NCBI GenBank assembly: GCA_048940925.1
Contig: JBHLOC010000008.1
Span: forward strand, 46,428-110,427
DNA length: 64,000 nt
Direction of reading: 5' to 3'
DNA from: Promethearchaeota archaeon
Lineage (GTDB): Archaea > Asgardarchaeota > Lokiarchaeia > Sigyniarchaeales > SOKP01
The notes under the pieces are model-generated. The model did not search any database. It saw nothing but the letters and a program-made list of their open reading frames with translations, and was not told the origin of the DNA. Shown here one piece after another: positions 42,645 through 52,273 of the stretch. The translations under genes and the position numbers were made by a program. The first letter of the stretch is position 1. Each line of letters starts with the position of its first letter.

Positions 42645-43594
42645 CTAGCAACCATCCGATTGCTGGAGATTGATTTTTATAAATGCTTCCTCTTGAAAGT
42701 TGCGTTGTTCTGATTTGACAGATCTATTTACTTGATGTAAATGTTTCATAGCGTCATTTTTTCCTTCTTTAATGTTTTTAATTAGTTCTTCTTTACTAAA
42801 TCCGCCAGAAATTACTAATGCTGTTTGAAAGGACTGTTCAGGTTCTAAAGTTTTAAATTCAATCTGTAATGCAGATAAAATTTCATCAGGGCCCTCATGC
42901 AAAGTATTAGAAAGATTCAATCTATTTTGATCGATTTTGAAATCTTTTGTTAAACATGACTCGTAATTTGTCGATCTTGAAATGGGTGAAAACCCACCGT
43001 ATAAACCAGTATCATCATATTGGTAAATTATATCATTTTCCTCATCGTAACCTGAAAGATCATTGTTATAACCTTCAAGTCCATTTATATCAAAATCAAA
43101 CACAAAATACATTGAAAAGTCTTTCATGTTATAATCCGAGATATTTTTCATTGTAAAGAACGTGCTGATATAAGGAACCTGAGGTGGATTGAATATATCC
43201 TTATACACACGAATAAATTCCTTTTTTTTCAGATTAATAGCAGGTAACTTTTTTTCTCTAACCAATTTCTTTAGATATTCTGTAATGTTAAAATCTAAAG
43301 TAATTCTGCTTATAACAGTGCCTTTACGGGTGTTAACTAAATTATAAATTGGTGTTGGTTCAATATTTCTTAGAATCACCGGAATAGTTCCAATTTTTTT
43401 TCCTTCTAGCTTAAAGCTAAACCACGGACCAGTAAATTCCTGCTCACTAAGATATATAAGATATTTTCCCTTGTATGTTAGTTCTTTAATTGAAAACCCC
43501 ATGACATATCCAGCAGCATTTCTTGTTTCAAATTTTAATTAAAATTGAAGATTCAAGTCGCCAGTACATCATGCCAGTGAACCTTAAGGACTAT
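42645..43594 (-). CDS. Putative selenoprotein of unknown function, spliced: exons 43594-43552 and 43519-42645 (305 aa, Sec14)
   Basis: GGAGGT SD and ATA start give MVLKVHWHDVLAT-TGA; the canonical BHB cut joins in frame to NAAGYVMGFS; SECIS-like hairpin in the 3' UTR. Confidence 0.7.
43520..43551 (-). other. Putative BHB-type mRNA intron (32 nt)
   Basis: CTTG AA|T CTTCAATTTTAATTAAAATTTGAAA CAAG AA|A: perfect 4-bp central helix, two 3-nt bulges and an intron hairpin. Confidence 0.8.
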
Positions 43595-43701
43595 TTTTTT
43601 TCTAACCTCCTATGAATTGTTTTAAATTTTTTATTTATATCAGATAATTTACCAATTATTAAAAAGAGATAGGATTCATAAAAAAGTTTGTAATGAAAAG
43701 A

Positions 43702-44682
43702 TTAAAGAGTTTCTACAACTCTGTAAGCAATATATAAGAATGCATCATTAACATTTTCACCCGTTAAAGCTGATGTAAAAATATAATGAAATCCCAATTT
43801 TTTAGCAATTTTTTTTATTTCTTCCTCAGTTATAACAATTTCTTCAATTAGATCAGATTTATTTCCAACAATTACAATCGGAATATTATATAGGATCGAT
43901 TTTTTAATTTCATTAAACCATTTTTCGATACTTTTTAAAGGATCGGGACGAGTTCTATCAACTACTATCATGGCAGCATTAGCACCATTATAAAAATTTG
44001 TTCTATTCAAATTTAAATGCTGTTGACCTCCTATATCCCATATAATAAAATTGATTTTGACATTTTCACTTAAATTTACTGTTTTTTGGCTAATTTGGAC
44101 ACCTAATGTAGAGATGTAATCTTCTTCAAATCTATTTTCTACAAATCGTCTAACTAACGATGTTTTTCCAACCTTAAAATTGCCAGTTAGTATTAATTTA
44201 TTCGAATATTCTCCCTCTAAATTTGGCAGTTGACCTACTCTGGTTTGTGATAATGCTTTTATTATTTCAGGGATCTTTGGAGATACATCTTCATTTCCAT
44301 CCAAAACTAGTTCAATTTTAGAAGCTACATGTTCCGAATATACTTTTAATTCAATATCTGTTGTAGATTGGTCAGTAACTGTAGTCAATATTGAGTTTGA
44401 GCCCTTAGAGCTAAACGCAAACTTCTTATCTCCTGTTGTTGTAATGTTGAAAAAGTGATCTGTTGTTCCAAATTCAGCTTTGATTCTGTCAATGTAAGTA
44501 TCAAGCATAGCAGATAATGCTCCAATTATAGCATCTGACTCTTCTTCATTTTCTAGTGTAGTTTCTGACGCTATAATAAAACCATCTCTATCACATATTG
44601 CTACTCCTAAAATACCTTCTACTTCATTGAAGTAATATTTTATAATTTCTTTTAGTAGCTTAATATTTGGAAGCCTTTTCAT
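43702..44682 (-). CDS. Roadblock/LC7 domain fused to Rab-like small GTPase
   Basis: AICDRDGFIIA roadblock; GNFKVGKT, WDIGGQ, GNKSD and TSAL motifs; paralogous to the C-terminal half of 33548-35608. Confidence 0.9.
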   Translation of the reverse strand: MKRLPNIKLLKEIIKYYFNEVEGILGVAICDRDGFIIASETTLENEEESDAIIGALSAMLDTYIDRIKAEFGTTDHFFNITTTGDKKFAFSSKGSNSILTTVTDQSTTDIELKVYSEHVASKIELVLDGNEDVSPKIPEIIKALSQTRVGQLPNLEGEYSNKLILTGNFKVGKTSLVRRFVENRFEEDYISTLGVQISQKTVNLSENVKINFIIWDIGGQQHLNLNRTNFYNGANAAMIVVDRTRPDPLKSIEKWFNEIKKSILYNIPIVIVGNKSDLIEEIVITEEEIKKIAKKLGFHYIFTSALTGENVNDAFLYIAYRVVETL

Positions 44683-44827
44683 AAGTATTTACTCCTCTAA
44701 TATAAGTTATAAGGAATATAATATCTCTAAATAATAAATATATGTATTCAGATATTATTATAATCATATTTTAGAAGACATCTCGATACCACACTATTTT
44801 TTATTTATTTTTTAGGATTTTTTCCTT

Positions 44828-44995
44828 ATGATAACTAATTCATCATATAAAGATAAGGAATCAGATATTCTGAAATGTGAGGAAAGTATAGCTAAAATCC
44901 TAGATCGTGCAGTAAAGTTATTTAGAAGAACAAATCTTAACGAACTTGCTGAAAAATGGGATAGAATCCTAAAGACTTATCGGTCCAAAAAGTAA
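44828..44995 (+). CDS. Small ORF or gene remnant (55 aa, helical)
   Basis: ATG..TAA ORF MITNSSYKDKESDILKCEESIAKILDRAVKLFRRTNLNELAEKWDRILKTYRSKK, which looks protein-like. Confidence 0.35.
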   Translation: MITNSSYKDKESDILKCEESIAKILDRAVKLFRRTNLNELAEKWDRILKTYRSKK

Positions 44996-45011
44996 TAGAT
45001 TCAAAACTAAA

Positions 45012-45584
45012 TTAGAGAATCTCCTTAGTCGAGGGAATCTCATCTGAAGTTATTTTTTTTGCAATTGCGATTGCTCTGGCTAAAGCTTTAAAAGCTGCTT
45101 CTACTTTATGATGTTGATCTTTTCCATAAAGGACATGAAGATGAAGATTGATTTTTGCTGATTCTGCGAAGGAATTAAAAAAATGTTTAACATCATCCAC
45201 AGCAACATCCTCTATGTCACATTCATTTACATTTAAATCTAATATTAAAGCTTTGCGACCAGAGAAATCTATCGCACATCTAGCAAGCGCCTCATCCATA
45301 GGAATTAAGGCAAATCCATACCGGTTTATTCCCTTTTTGTCACCTAAAGCCTTGAGAAAGCATTCACCAAGTGTAATTCCAATATCTTCAATAATATGAT
45401 GAGTTAAATCTCCAGTTGCGTGAACTTTAAGATAACAATTTGAGTGCTTTGCTAATAATTGTAGCATATGATCCATAAATTTAAAACCAGTTTCAATTTG
45501 ACTTTTACCTTTACCATCTAAATTTAACTCTGTCATTACTTCTGTTTCAGTAGTCTTTCTTGAAAGCTTAGCCGTTCTTGCCAT
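45012..45584 (-). CDS. hisB: Imidazoleglycerol-phosphate dehydratase
   Basis: RKTTET, DHML, HHIIED, PMDEAL and HHKVEAAFKA motifs. Confidence 0.97.
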   Translation of the reverse strand: MARTAKLSRKTTETEVMTELNLDGKGKSQIETGFKFMDHMLQLLAKHSNCYLKVHATGDLTHHIIEDIGITLGECFLKALGDKKGINRYGFALIPMDEALARCAIDFSGRKALILDLNVNECDIEDVAVDDVKHFFNSFAESAKINLHLHVLYGKDQHHKVEAAFKALARAIAIAKKITSDEIPSTKEIL

Positions 45585-45700
45585 TTTAGTTTTACCTATG
45601 CAATAATATTTTTCTAAAGATTATAATTTTTAAGAATTTTCAATTAATTAAATATATTTAAAACACATCAAAAAAAAAGATTATAAGGAATTAATTTGTT

Positions 45701-47074
45701 ATGAAAAAAATTACATTCATAGGAGCGGGATCTATCGAATTTGCCGATAATGTCCTCACTGATATCCTTAATTTCCCTTCGTTACAAAAAGATACTCTTA
45801 TCTGTTTAGAAGATATCGATCCAAATCGTTTGGATTTAATGTATCAATACATTAGGAAGATTATTGAAGATAATTTTCAAGTTCTTAATGGGGTAGAAGT
45901 TGAGAAGACCACTAACCAACGGAAGGCCATTAAAGATGCTAAATATTTAATCAATGCAATACAAGTTGGCCGGTTAGACGTCATGAAATATGATTTTGAA
46001 ATCCCCTTAAAATATGGAGTCACTCAATGTGTTAGTGATACATTAGGTCCTGGGGGTATTTTTCGTTTTCTTAGGACCGTGCCTGCTCTTAAGTCAATCA
46101 TGGAAGATATTCGAGATGTGGGATATAATTTAGGAAAAAATGGTGATAAGCCGATTTTCTTAAATTATACCAATCCAATGGCAATGAATACATGGTATTG
46201 TAACACATTAGAGCCCCATTCTACTATAGGTCTTTGTCATGGTGTCCAAGATACAGCTAGAATATTAAAGCGGGTGATTGGAGTAAAAGAGGAGAATTTT
46301 GAATTTTTTTGTGCAGGTATTAATCACATGGCATGGTTTCTTGAAGTATGGTATAGAAAAAGCGAGACTTCTCCTTGGCAAGACGCCTATCCAGAGATAA
46401 ATAGCGAAATGAATAATAATCCTAAATACGTTGAAACGGATAAAGTGCGTAAAGACATGTTAAAAGCTTGTGGATTTTTTATGACTGAATCCTCAGGTCA
46501 TCTTAGTGAGTATGTACCCTATTATCGAAAAAGAAAAGATTTATTAGAAAAGTTCAAGGGAAATAAAGGATTATATGCACATCTAAAACATGGGTCATAT
46601 TATGATTTATGTGTTAATAATGAGGGGATGATGGAAAAAGGTCTCGAACAAAGAATAAAAACACCGAATCTAAAAATGAAAAAAAAACCTACAACAGAAT
46701 ATGCTTCACACATCATAAATGCAATGGAAACTAATAAGCCATTTAGATTCAATGGTAATGTGATTAATAAAGATGGTGGCTTAATTACAAATCTACCAAA
46801 AGGATGTTGCGTAGAAGTTCCTGTATTTGCAGATTCACATGGATTACATCCACAAGGAGGAATTGATTTACCAACAATTTGTCAAGCACTTTGCATGTCA
46901 AATATAATGGTACAAAAAGCAGCAGTAGAAGGTGTGCTTGAACTAAACAAAGAAAAAATATATCATGCTATATTATTAGATCCCAACACCGCTAGTGTTT
47001 GTTCTCCTGGAGAAATTAGGGACATGGTTGAAGAAATGTTTGAAAAAGAAGCTAAATGGCTGCCAAATTTTTAA
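45701..47074 (+). CDS. melA: GH4 alpha-galactosidase/glucosidase
   Basis: IGAGS, DTLGPGG, NYTNPM, GLCHG, GINHMAW and TESSGHLSEY motifs. Confidence 0.9.
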   Translation: MKKITFIGAGSIEFADNVLTDILNFPSLQKDTLICLEDIDPNRLDLMYQYIRKIIEDNFQVLNGVEVEKTTNQRKAIKDAKYLINAIQVGRLDVMKYDFEIPLKYGVTQCVSDTLGPGGIFRFLRTVPALKSIMEDIRDVGYNLGKNGDKPIFLNYTNPMAMNTWYCNTLEPHSTIGLCHGVQDTARILKRVIGVKEENFEFFCAGINHMAWFLEVWYRKSETSPWQDAYPEINSEMNNNPKYVETDKVRKDMLKACGFFMTESSGHLSEYVPYYRKRKDLLEKFKGNKGLYAHLKHGSYYDLCVNNEGMMEKGLEQRIKTPNLKMKKKPTTEYASHIINAMETNKPFRFNGNVINKDGGLITNLPKGCCVEVPVFADSHGLHPQGGIDLPTICQALCMSNIMVQKAAVEGVLELNKEKIYHAILLDPNTASVCSPGEIRDMVEEMFEKEAKWLPNF

Positions 47075-48991
47075 TTACAGATATTCCATAAATTCTAAGA
47101 TATATTGACTTTGCAAATTTGAAATTTTATAAAGAGCAAATACTAAAAAATCTATTTCTTGCTGTAATTTTTCAAAATTTTTATTCTTATAACCATTCAC
47201 TTCTAATAATTTTTTAACTTTTCTAGCAATCTTGGAAGCCAATTCTCTTTCTATATCGCTTTGAGGAATCTTAATTGGCAGATCTTTCACTTTTTCAATT
47301 AAAATTCTTGGAAACAACTTTTTATAGGAACCAAAAACTTTTATAAAATAAAAAGATAAAAGTAAAGAATTAATAATTCCTAAAAGATATAAATTATTGA
47401 ATTCTTTAATAGGAGATTGACTTATTTTTAGGTTATATAATGATTGAGATGTTAAAGATAATTTTTCATCCATTGTTGCACATATTAGATTATTTTGGCT
47501 TAATTGTCTTATAATAATTCGATTATCATAAATATTTAAATCCTTGTAGTTAATTCCATCTTTAGTAATATCAATAAATCTATAATCTTTTATTCTATAT
47601 CGTTCGATAGAGTAAATGAAAAGCTTGAAATCACCATTGCTATTGTTGGGAATTTTATCATATATTATTCCTTCAATCTTCTCTGAATTTAATTTAGATT
47701 TGCAATTTGGACATTCTAAACGTCTTTTTGGAACAGGAAAATAAGATTTACACAATTCACAATAAATTACTTCTCCTGTTTTTGCTAATTCGACTCCTCT
47801 ACTAATGTTGATCTTAAAACCTTCTATATTATTTAAATCTTTTAACTTAGGAAATTTGGTGTTCAAATATTTTATTATTTGAATATCGGTTTCATTTAAA
47901 TGTATAAGGAATTTATAATCCCAAATTTTGAATTTTTCTTGTCTGATCTGTGTTTCTTCCTTATTAGTGAATCTAATTTTAATCTTATTTTGTTCTCTCG
48001 CATTGTTATCTCTTTCTCTTTTTAAAACTAAAATTATGTTTGATACAACAGGATCCTCAAATTTAGGACCTGTGTAATAAATTTCCTTTATTTTAGTTGT
48101 TTCATAGATAAACTTCCTAATAACACTACGATTTGATAATGCTAAAATAGAATCTGGAACAATATATCCTAGTTTCCCATTTATGTTCAATAAATTAATA
48201 CCAATTTCGATAAACATTTGATAATAATCATATTGTCCTTTTTTAGTAACAAATTTTCCTTCCTCAATGATTTTTCTATGTGCATATGGAATATCTCTAA
48301 TAAAGAGATATGGAGGGTTGCCAATAACAAAATCATATTTTTCTTTATCCTCTAATAATAAGGCATTTTCATTTCTTATGTTAAATTGAGGTAATTTAAA
48401 ATCGTATACTGAATTTTTTATTACTTTTAAAATATTAAATAAAATGAAATGTATATTAATCTGACACAAAATACAAGCAATTGGATTTATATCAATACCA
48501 TAAATATTATTTTGAATAGCTTTAACAACTGACTTAGCTTCTACTTCTGATAACTCAAACAGATTTTTTTTTTGAAATACCTCTAAAAATCTTTCAATCA
48601 AAATCTGAATAGCTTGAATTAAGAAACTTCCTGAACCACAACTGATATCTATTATTTTCTTATCTTCTATATTTTGTTGATAGACATATTTAATCGAATT
48701 TAATATTTCCTTTACAATTGGTTGGGGAGTATAGAATTCACCCAATATTTTTCTCTCTTTATGACTTACTAAATTCTCATAAGAGCTTCTAAAAATTTCA
48801 AAATCAGAATATAGTTGATTGAATTCATTAAATCTAGTAAAACCTTTTCTAATAATCTTAAAATTTTCTATATCATTAATGACTTTTTCAATGATATATT
48901 TATGAGTTTCAACTTTAATGTTTTCCTTATATATATTCAATAAATTCTCAAGGATCTTCTCCTTCTTTAAATATTCTACGAATTCACTCAT
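47075..48991 (-). CDS. N6-adenine DNA methyltransferase with TaqI-like target recognition domain
   Basis: GEFYTP, DISCGSG and GNPPY motifs; YLLGIINS..LPIK C-terminal TRD; CxxC zinc insert. Confidence 0.88.
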   Translation of the reverse strand: MSEFVEYLKKEKILENLLNIYKENIKVETHKYIIEKVINDIENFKIIRKGFTRFNEFNQLYSDFEIFRSSYENLVSHKERKILGEFYTPQPIVKEILNSIKYVYQQNIEDKKIIDISCGSGSFLIQAIQILIERFLEVFQKKNLFELSEVEAKSVVKAIQNNIYGIDINPIACILCQINIHFILFNILKVIKNSVYDFKLPQFNIRNENALLLEDKEKYDFVIGNPPYLFIRDIPYAHRKIIEEGKFVTKKGQYDYYQMFIEIGINLLNINGKLGYIVPDSILALSNRSVIRKFIYETTKIKEIYYTGPKFEDPVVSNIILVLKRERDNNAREQNKIKIRFTNKEETQIRQEKFKIWDYKFLIHLNETDIQIIKYLNTKFPKLKDLNNIEGFKINISRGVELAKTGEVIYCELCKSYFPVPKRRLECPNCKSKLNSEKIEGIIYDKIPNNSNGDFKLFIYSIERYRIKDYRFIDITKDGINYKDLNIYDNRIIIRQLSQNNLICATMDEKLSLTSQSLYNLKISQSPIKEFNNLYLLGIINSLLLSFYFIKVFGSYKKLFPRILIEKVKDLPIKIPQSDIERELASKIARKVKKLLEVNGYKNKNFEKLQQEIDFLVFALYKISNLQSQYILEFMEYL

Positions 48992-49089
48992 ATCTATGGA
49001 TTATATTATTTTCAAGAACTATTTCTTTTTTGCTATTTATTCTTTAATAATCTAAGTAAATCTTTTTACTTTATTAAGTTAAAAGAAGT

Positions 49090-49596
49090 ATGGAAATTAC
49101 AATAAGAGAAATTTATCCTTTCAAGGAACGCACGTTTCCTGATAAAATATGCTTTGAACCGATTGGAATTATTCATACCCCTTTTAAATCATTAAAAGGA
49201 ATTCCTATTCAATTCTCGATATCTAAATATGAAGGAGAAATTGAGGTTTTTACTAAGTTTACTCCTGCGTTAAGGGATTTAGATGGATTTTCTCATTTTT
49301 ACTGTTTATATTATTTTGATATGGTAAAGCTGCCTGTTCCTTTACAATCTAAACTTTTTTTAGAAAATGATATTAAAGGAGTCTTTGCGATACGTACTCC
49401 CTTTAGACCGAATCCAATTAGACTCTCTATTCTCGAAGTTCTTGAGATAAAGAAGTATTTTAATCATATCAAAAACGTTGATATTCTTATTAAAACTCCC
49501 CGAATTGATATTAAACCATATGCATCCCTATTTGATTCAGTACAGTCTACTAAGATTGGCTGGCTAAAAGGAAAAATAATGAAAAAAACAATCTAG
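49090..49596 (+). CDS. tsaA: TsaA/TrmO-family tRNA methyltransferase (divergent)
   Basis: PIGIIHTPF, LDGFSH, GVFAIRTPFRPNPI and DIKPY motifs. Confidence 0.8.
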   Translation: MEITIREIYPFKERTFPDKICFEPIGIIHTPFKSLKGIPIQFSISKYEGEIEVFTKFTPALRDLDGFSHFYCLYYFDMVKLPVPLQSKLFLENDIKGVFAIRTPFRPNPIRLSILEVLEIKKYFNHIKNVDILIKTPRIDIKPYASLFDSVQSTKIGWLKGKIMKKTI

Positions 49597-49716
49597 GTTC
49601 CTATAATTCAATTATTAAAAGTCATAGGAATTAGATATATATCAAACCAATATTTATATATCATAGTGTTATATGAATCTTAATTTTCTTAGAAATTCAT
49701 TATTAAGTCTAACTAA

Positions 49717-50832
49717 TTGCATATGATAGTAAGTATAGTCTTTATTATTCTTTCAGTATCATTCTCCGTACTTAGTATTGGATATGTAATTTTACATAAA
49801 GAAAAGTATTTTAATCAACTTATTTTTTTCATTTTAACTCTGGGATATTTTTCTTTAGACGTTATTTTTATTATCACATTCTCTTTCTCAACATTAACTG
49901 TTTTTCCTGAAAATTTAGCACTTTCCTTATGGAACACATCTATAGTTTTATTTATTTTTGAATTGAGTATGATGAGTGTTGCACATGGTTATATTCTATT
50001 AAAAAGTCATAAAAGTATCCTTCCTGGATTTTTTTATTTATTATTAGGAGGTATAATTATTAGTTTTTTATATCTTGAGAATATTTTTACCATAGAAATT
50101 TCAGGGTTGTATTATCGCTATCTATTTCATAATATTTCTATTTTGATACTGCTAATTTTGTTCATTATGATAATTAATATCTCAGTTATCTATATCCAGA
50201 TTAAAGAACACAAAAATATAAGTTCACAAAAATTAAGACAATTCTTTATTCGTCTTATATTCTTTTTTTCTCTGAATAATATTTTATATATTGTTTATTT
50301 ATTCAACCAAATTCTACCTTTACAAATTATTTTTTTATCAATTTACCTTCTTTTATCTTGTTATATCCTTATCATGATATTATATAGGCCAAATTTATTT
50401 TTAGTAATAACTAATAAAATTTTCGATTTCATTATCTTCCATAAATCAGGAATTCTTCTTTATTCTTTTAACTTTGAAACAGATCAAGAAACAGACGAAT
50501 CTTTACTAAAAGGTAGTATTTTAATAGGAATTAATCACATTCTTAGTAGCTTCATTGATAAAAAAGATAAATTAAATGTGATTAAAATGAAAGAAAAAGA
50601 TTTATTATTAGAATATGATAGTAAATTTGGATACGCCCTTTTACTTGTCGCAAAACATAAGAATATGGTTATGGAACGCGCTGTCCAACAATTTATGTTG
50701 AGATTTAATGAATATTTTAAAGACCTCTTAATAAGAATAAAAGATTTTAGCCAATTAATTGATATATCTGAATTCAAAGACACAAAAAAAATTATTGACG
50801 AAGTTTTTTCTCCATATTTGATGAAGAAATGA
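49717..50832 (+). CDS. 7TM membrane protein with C-terminal longin-like domain
   Basis: About 7 TM helices, then IFHKSGILLYS...ILIGINHILS. Confidence 0.75.
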   Translation: MHMIVSIVFIILSVSFSVLSIGYVILHKEKYFNQLIFFILTLGYFSLDVIFIITFSFSTLTVFPENLALSLWNTSIVLFIFELSMMSVAHGYILLKSHKSILPGFFYLLLGGIIISFLYLENIFTIEISGLYYRYLFHNISILILLILFIMIINISVIYIQIKEHKNISSQKLRQFFIRLIFFFSLNNILYIVYLFNQILPLQIIFLSIYLLLSCYILIMILYRPNLFLVITNKIFDFIIFHKSGILLYSFNFETDQETDESLLKGSILIGINHILSSFIDKKDKLNVIKMKEKDLLLEYDSKFGYALLLVAKHKNMVMERAVQQFMLRFNEYFKDLLIRIKDFSQLIDISEFKDTKKIIDEVFSPYLMKK

Positions 50833-50993
50833 ATTATCAGAGTTGCATTTTCTGAGATATATTTAAAGAAAAATCTTATAAATGAATATTGTTTCTTAAT
50901 TTAAAGAGATAATTAGATTGTCTATAGATATTTTGTGAAATCTAGAAGTAATCAGAATATTTTAAATAATAAATTAAAGAATTACTTATAAAT

Positions 50994-52106
50994 ATGAATC
51001 TCTTTTTATTTTTTGGGATAATACTTGGATACTTTTTTTCAATAAGCCTATGTGTATTTACCACTGTTTATCTTATCCGAAATTATAGAAAGTATGGAAC
51101 TCTTCTTATGACTTTATTGATTGTAATAACTCTTGTGAGTTTTGGAGTAATATATTCAACTTTATTTGTTATATCAATTGCTTTTTATTATTCAGATATA
51201 ATAAATATATTCTTATGGAAGAGCTCTATGATTAATTACATAATTGTTCTTTTAGAGCTTTCTTTGCTTTTCAGTTTTATAAAAGAGTATAAAAAAATTC
51301 CAATTATACCTTATTTCTTGTTTACTGTCCTTTTAGGACTCTTAATAGGATCAATTCTCTCTTATGGTTCAAGTCTTATTTTAAATATCAATACTGATGG
51401 TGTAGAATACTCCTTTAGTTTTATATTTAGTTTGATCTCTATCATTTTTCAAATTTCTATAATAATTTACCTTTCTTATATCAATATAATTATATATGAA
51501 AGAGCCCGTAGCAAAAGAATAAGTTTTTTCTTAAATTTCTCAGCATTCTTTTTAAACATTACAATTATCTTTTCGATACTTTACATTTCTTTCGAGTTGG
51601 CACTTTTTAGAACAATTTATATCTTTTTGGCTTGGGGGGGATTCAGTTTTGTATGTTATATTTTAATAAAAGCACCTAGTTCTTTTATTGTAGTTACTAA
51701 TAAGATCTATTTTATCAATATTTACCATAAATCTGGTGTTTTGCTTTATTCTTATAACTTTACCGCTATGAAAAATGAGATAGAATCTACAATATGGGGT
51801 AATATATTAATCGGCTTAAATCATATACTTTCTGAATTTACCGAAAAGTCTAGTCAAATTGATGTGCTTCAAACAAAAACTTCAGATCTTGTAGTTCATT
51901 ATGATAACTTAGGATTTGCGGTTGTTATAGCTACAAATAGAAAAAATGCAATCTTAGAGATAATTATGAATAACTTTGCAAATGAATTTAAACTCAAATA
52001 TCATAATGAGTTAAATTTACTTCAGGATTTAAATAAGTTAATCAATATATCGGAATTTAAAGAAACTACTGAAATTATTGAGAAGTTCTTTAAAATGTAC
52101 TTATAA
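50994..52106 (+). CDS. 7TM membrane protein with C-terminal longin-like domain (paralog)
   Basis: About 7 TM helices, then IYHKSGVLLYS...ILIGLNHILS. Confidence 0.75.
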   Translation: MNLFLFFGIILGYFFSISLCVFTTVYLIRNYRKYGTLLMTLLIVITLVSFGVIYSTLFVISIAFYYSDIINIFLWKSSMINYIIVLLELSLLFSFIKEYKKIPIIPYFLFTVLLGLLIGSILSYGSSLILNINTDGVEYSFSFIFSLISIIFQISIIIYLSYINIIIYERARSKRISFFLNFSAFFLNITIIFSILYISFELALFRTIYIFLAWGGFSFVCYILIKAPSSFIVVTNKIYFINIYHKSGVLLYSYNFTAMKNEIESTIWGNILIGLNHILSEFTEKSSQIDVLQTKTSDLVVHYDNLGFAVVIATNRKNAILEIIMNNFANEFKLKYHNELNLLQDLNKLINISEFKETTEIIEKFFKMYL

Positions 52107-52273
52107 ATTCAGAAATTTTAATCTTTTTCTTCATTCTAACTTCTCAATAGAGAAATATATAGTTTTTATAGACTGAACTAAAAATGGACTATACAAAACT
52201 TTTATAAGTTAAAGAATCTAAATTTCTTAAGAAAATTATCTATAATTAAATATGAAATAAGGTTAAGTATAAA

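Noticed and set aside
43521-43572. Alternative model: ATG 43572 with a 31-nt intron (MMYWRLE|NAAG, no Sec)
   Set aside because: It needs a cut after the first bulge nucleotide, has no nearby SD and leaves the SECIS unexplained. Disfavoured but not excluded.
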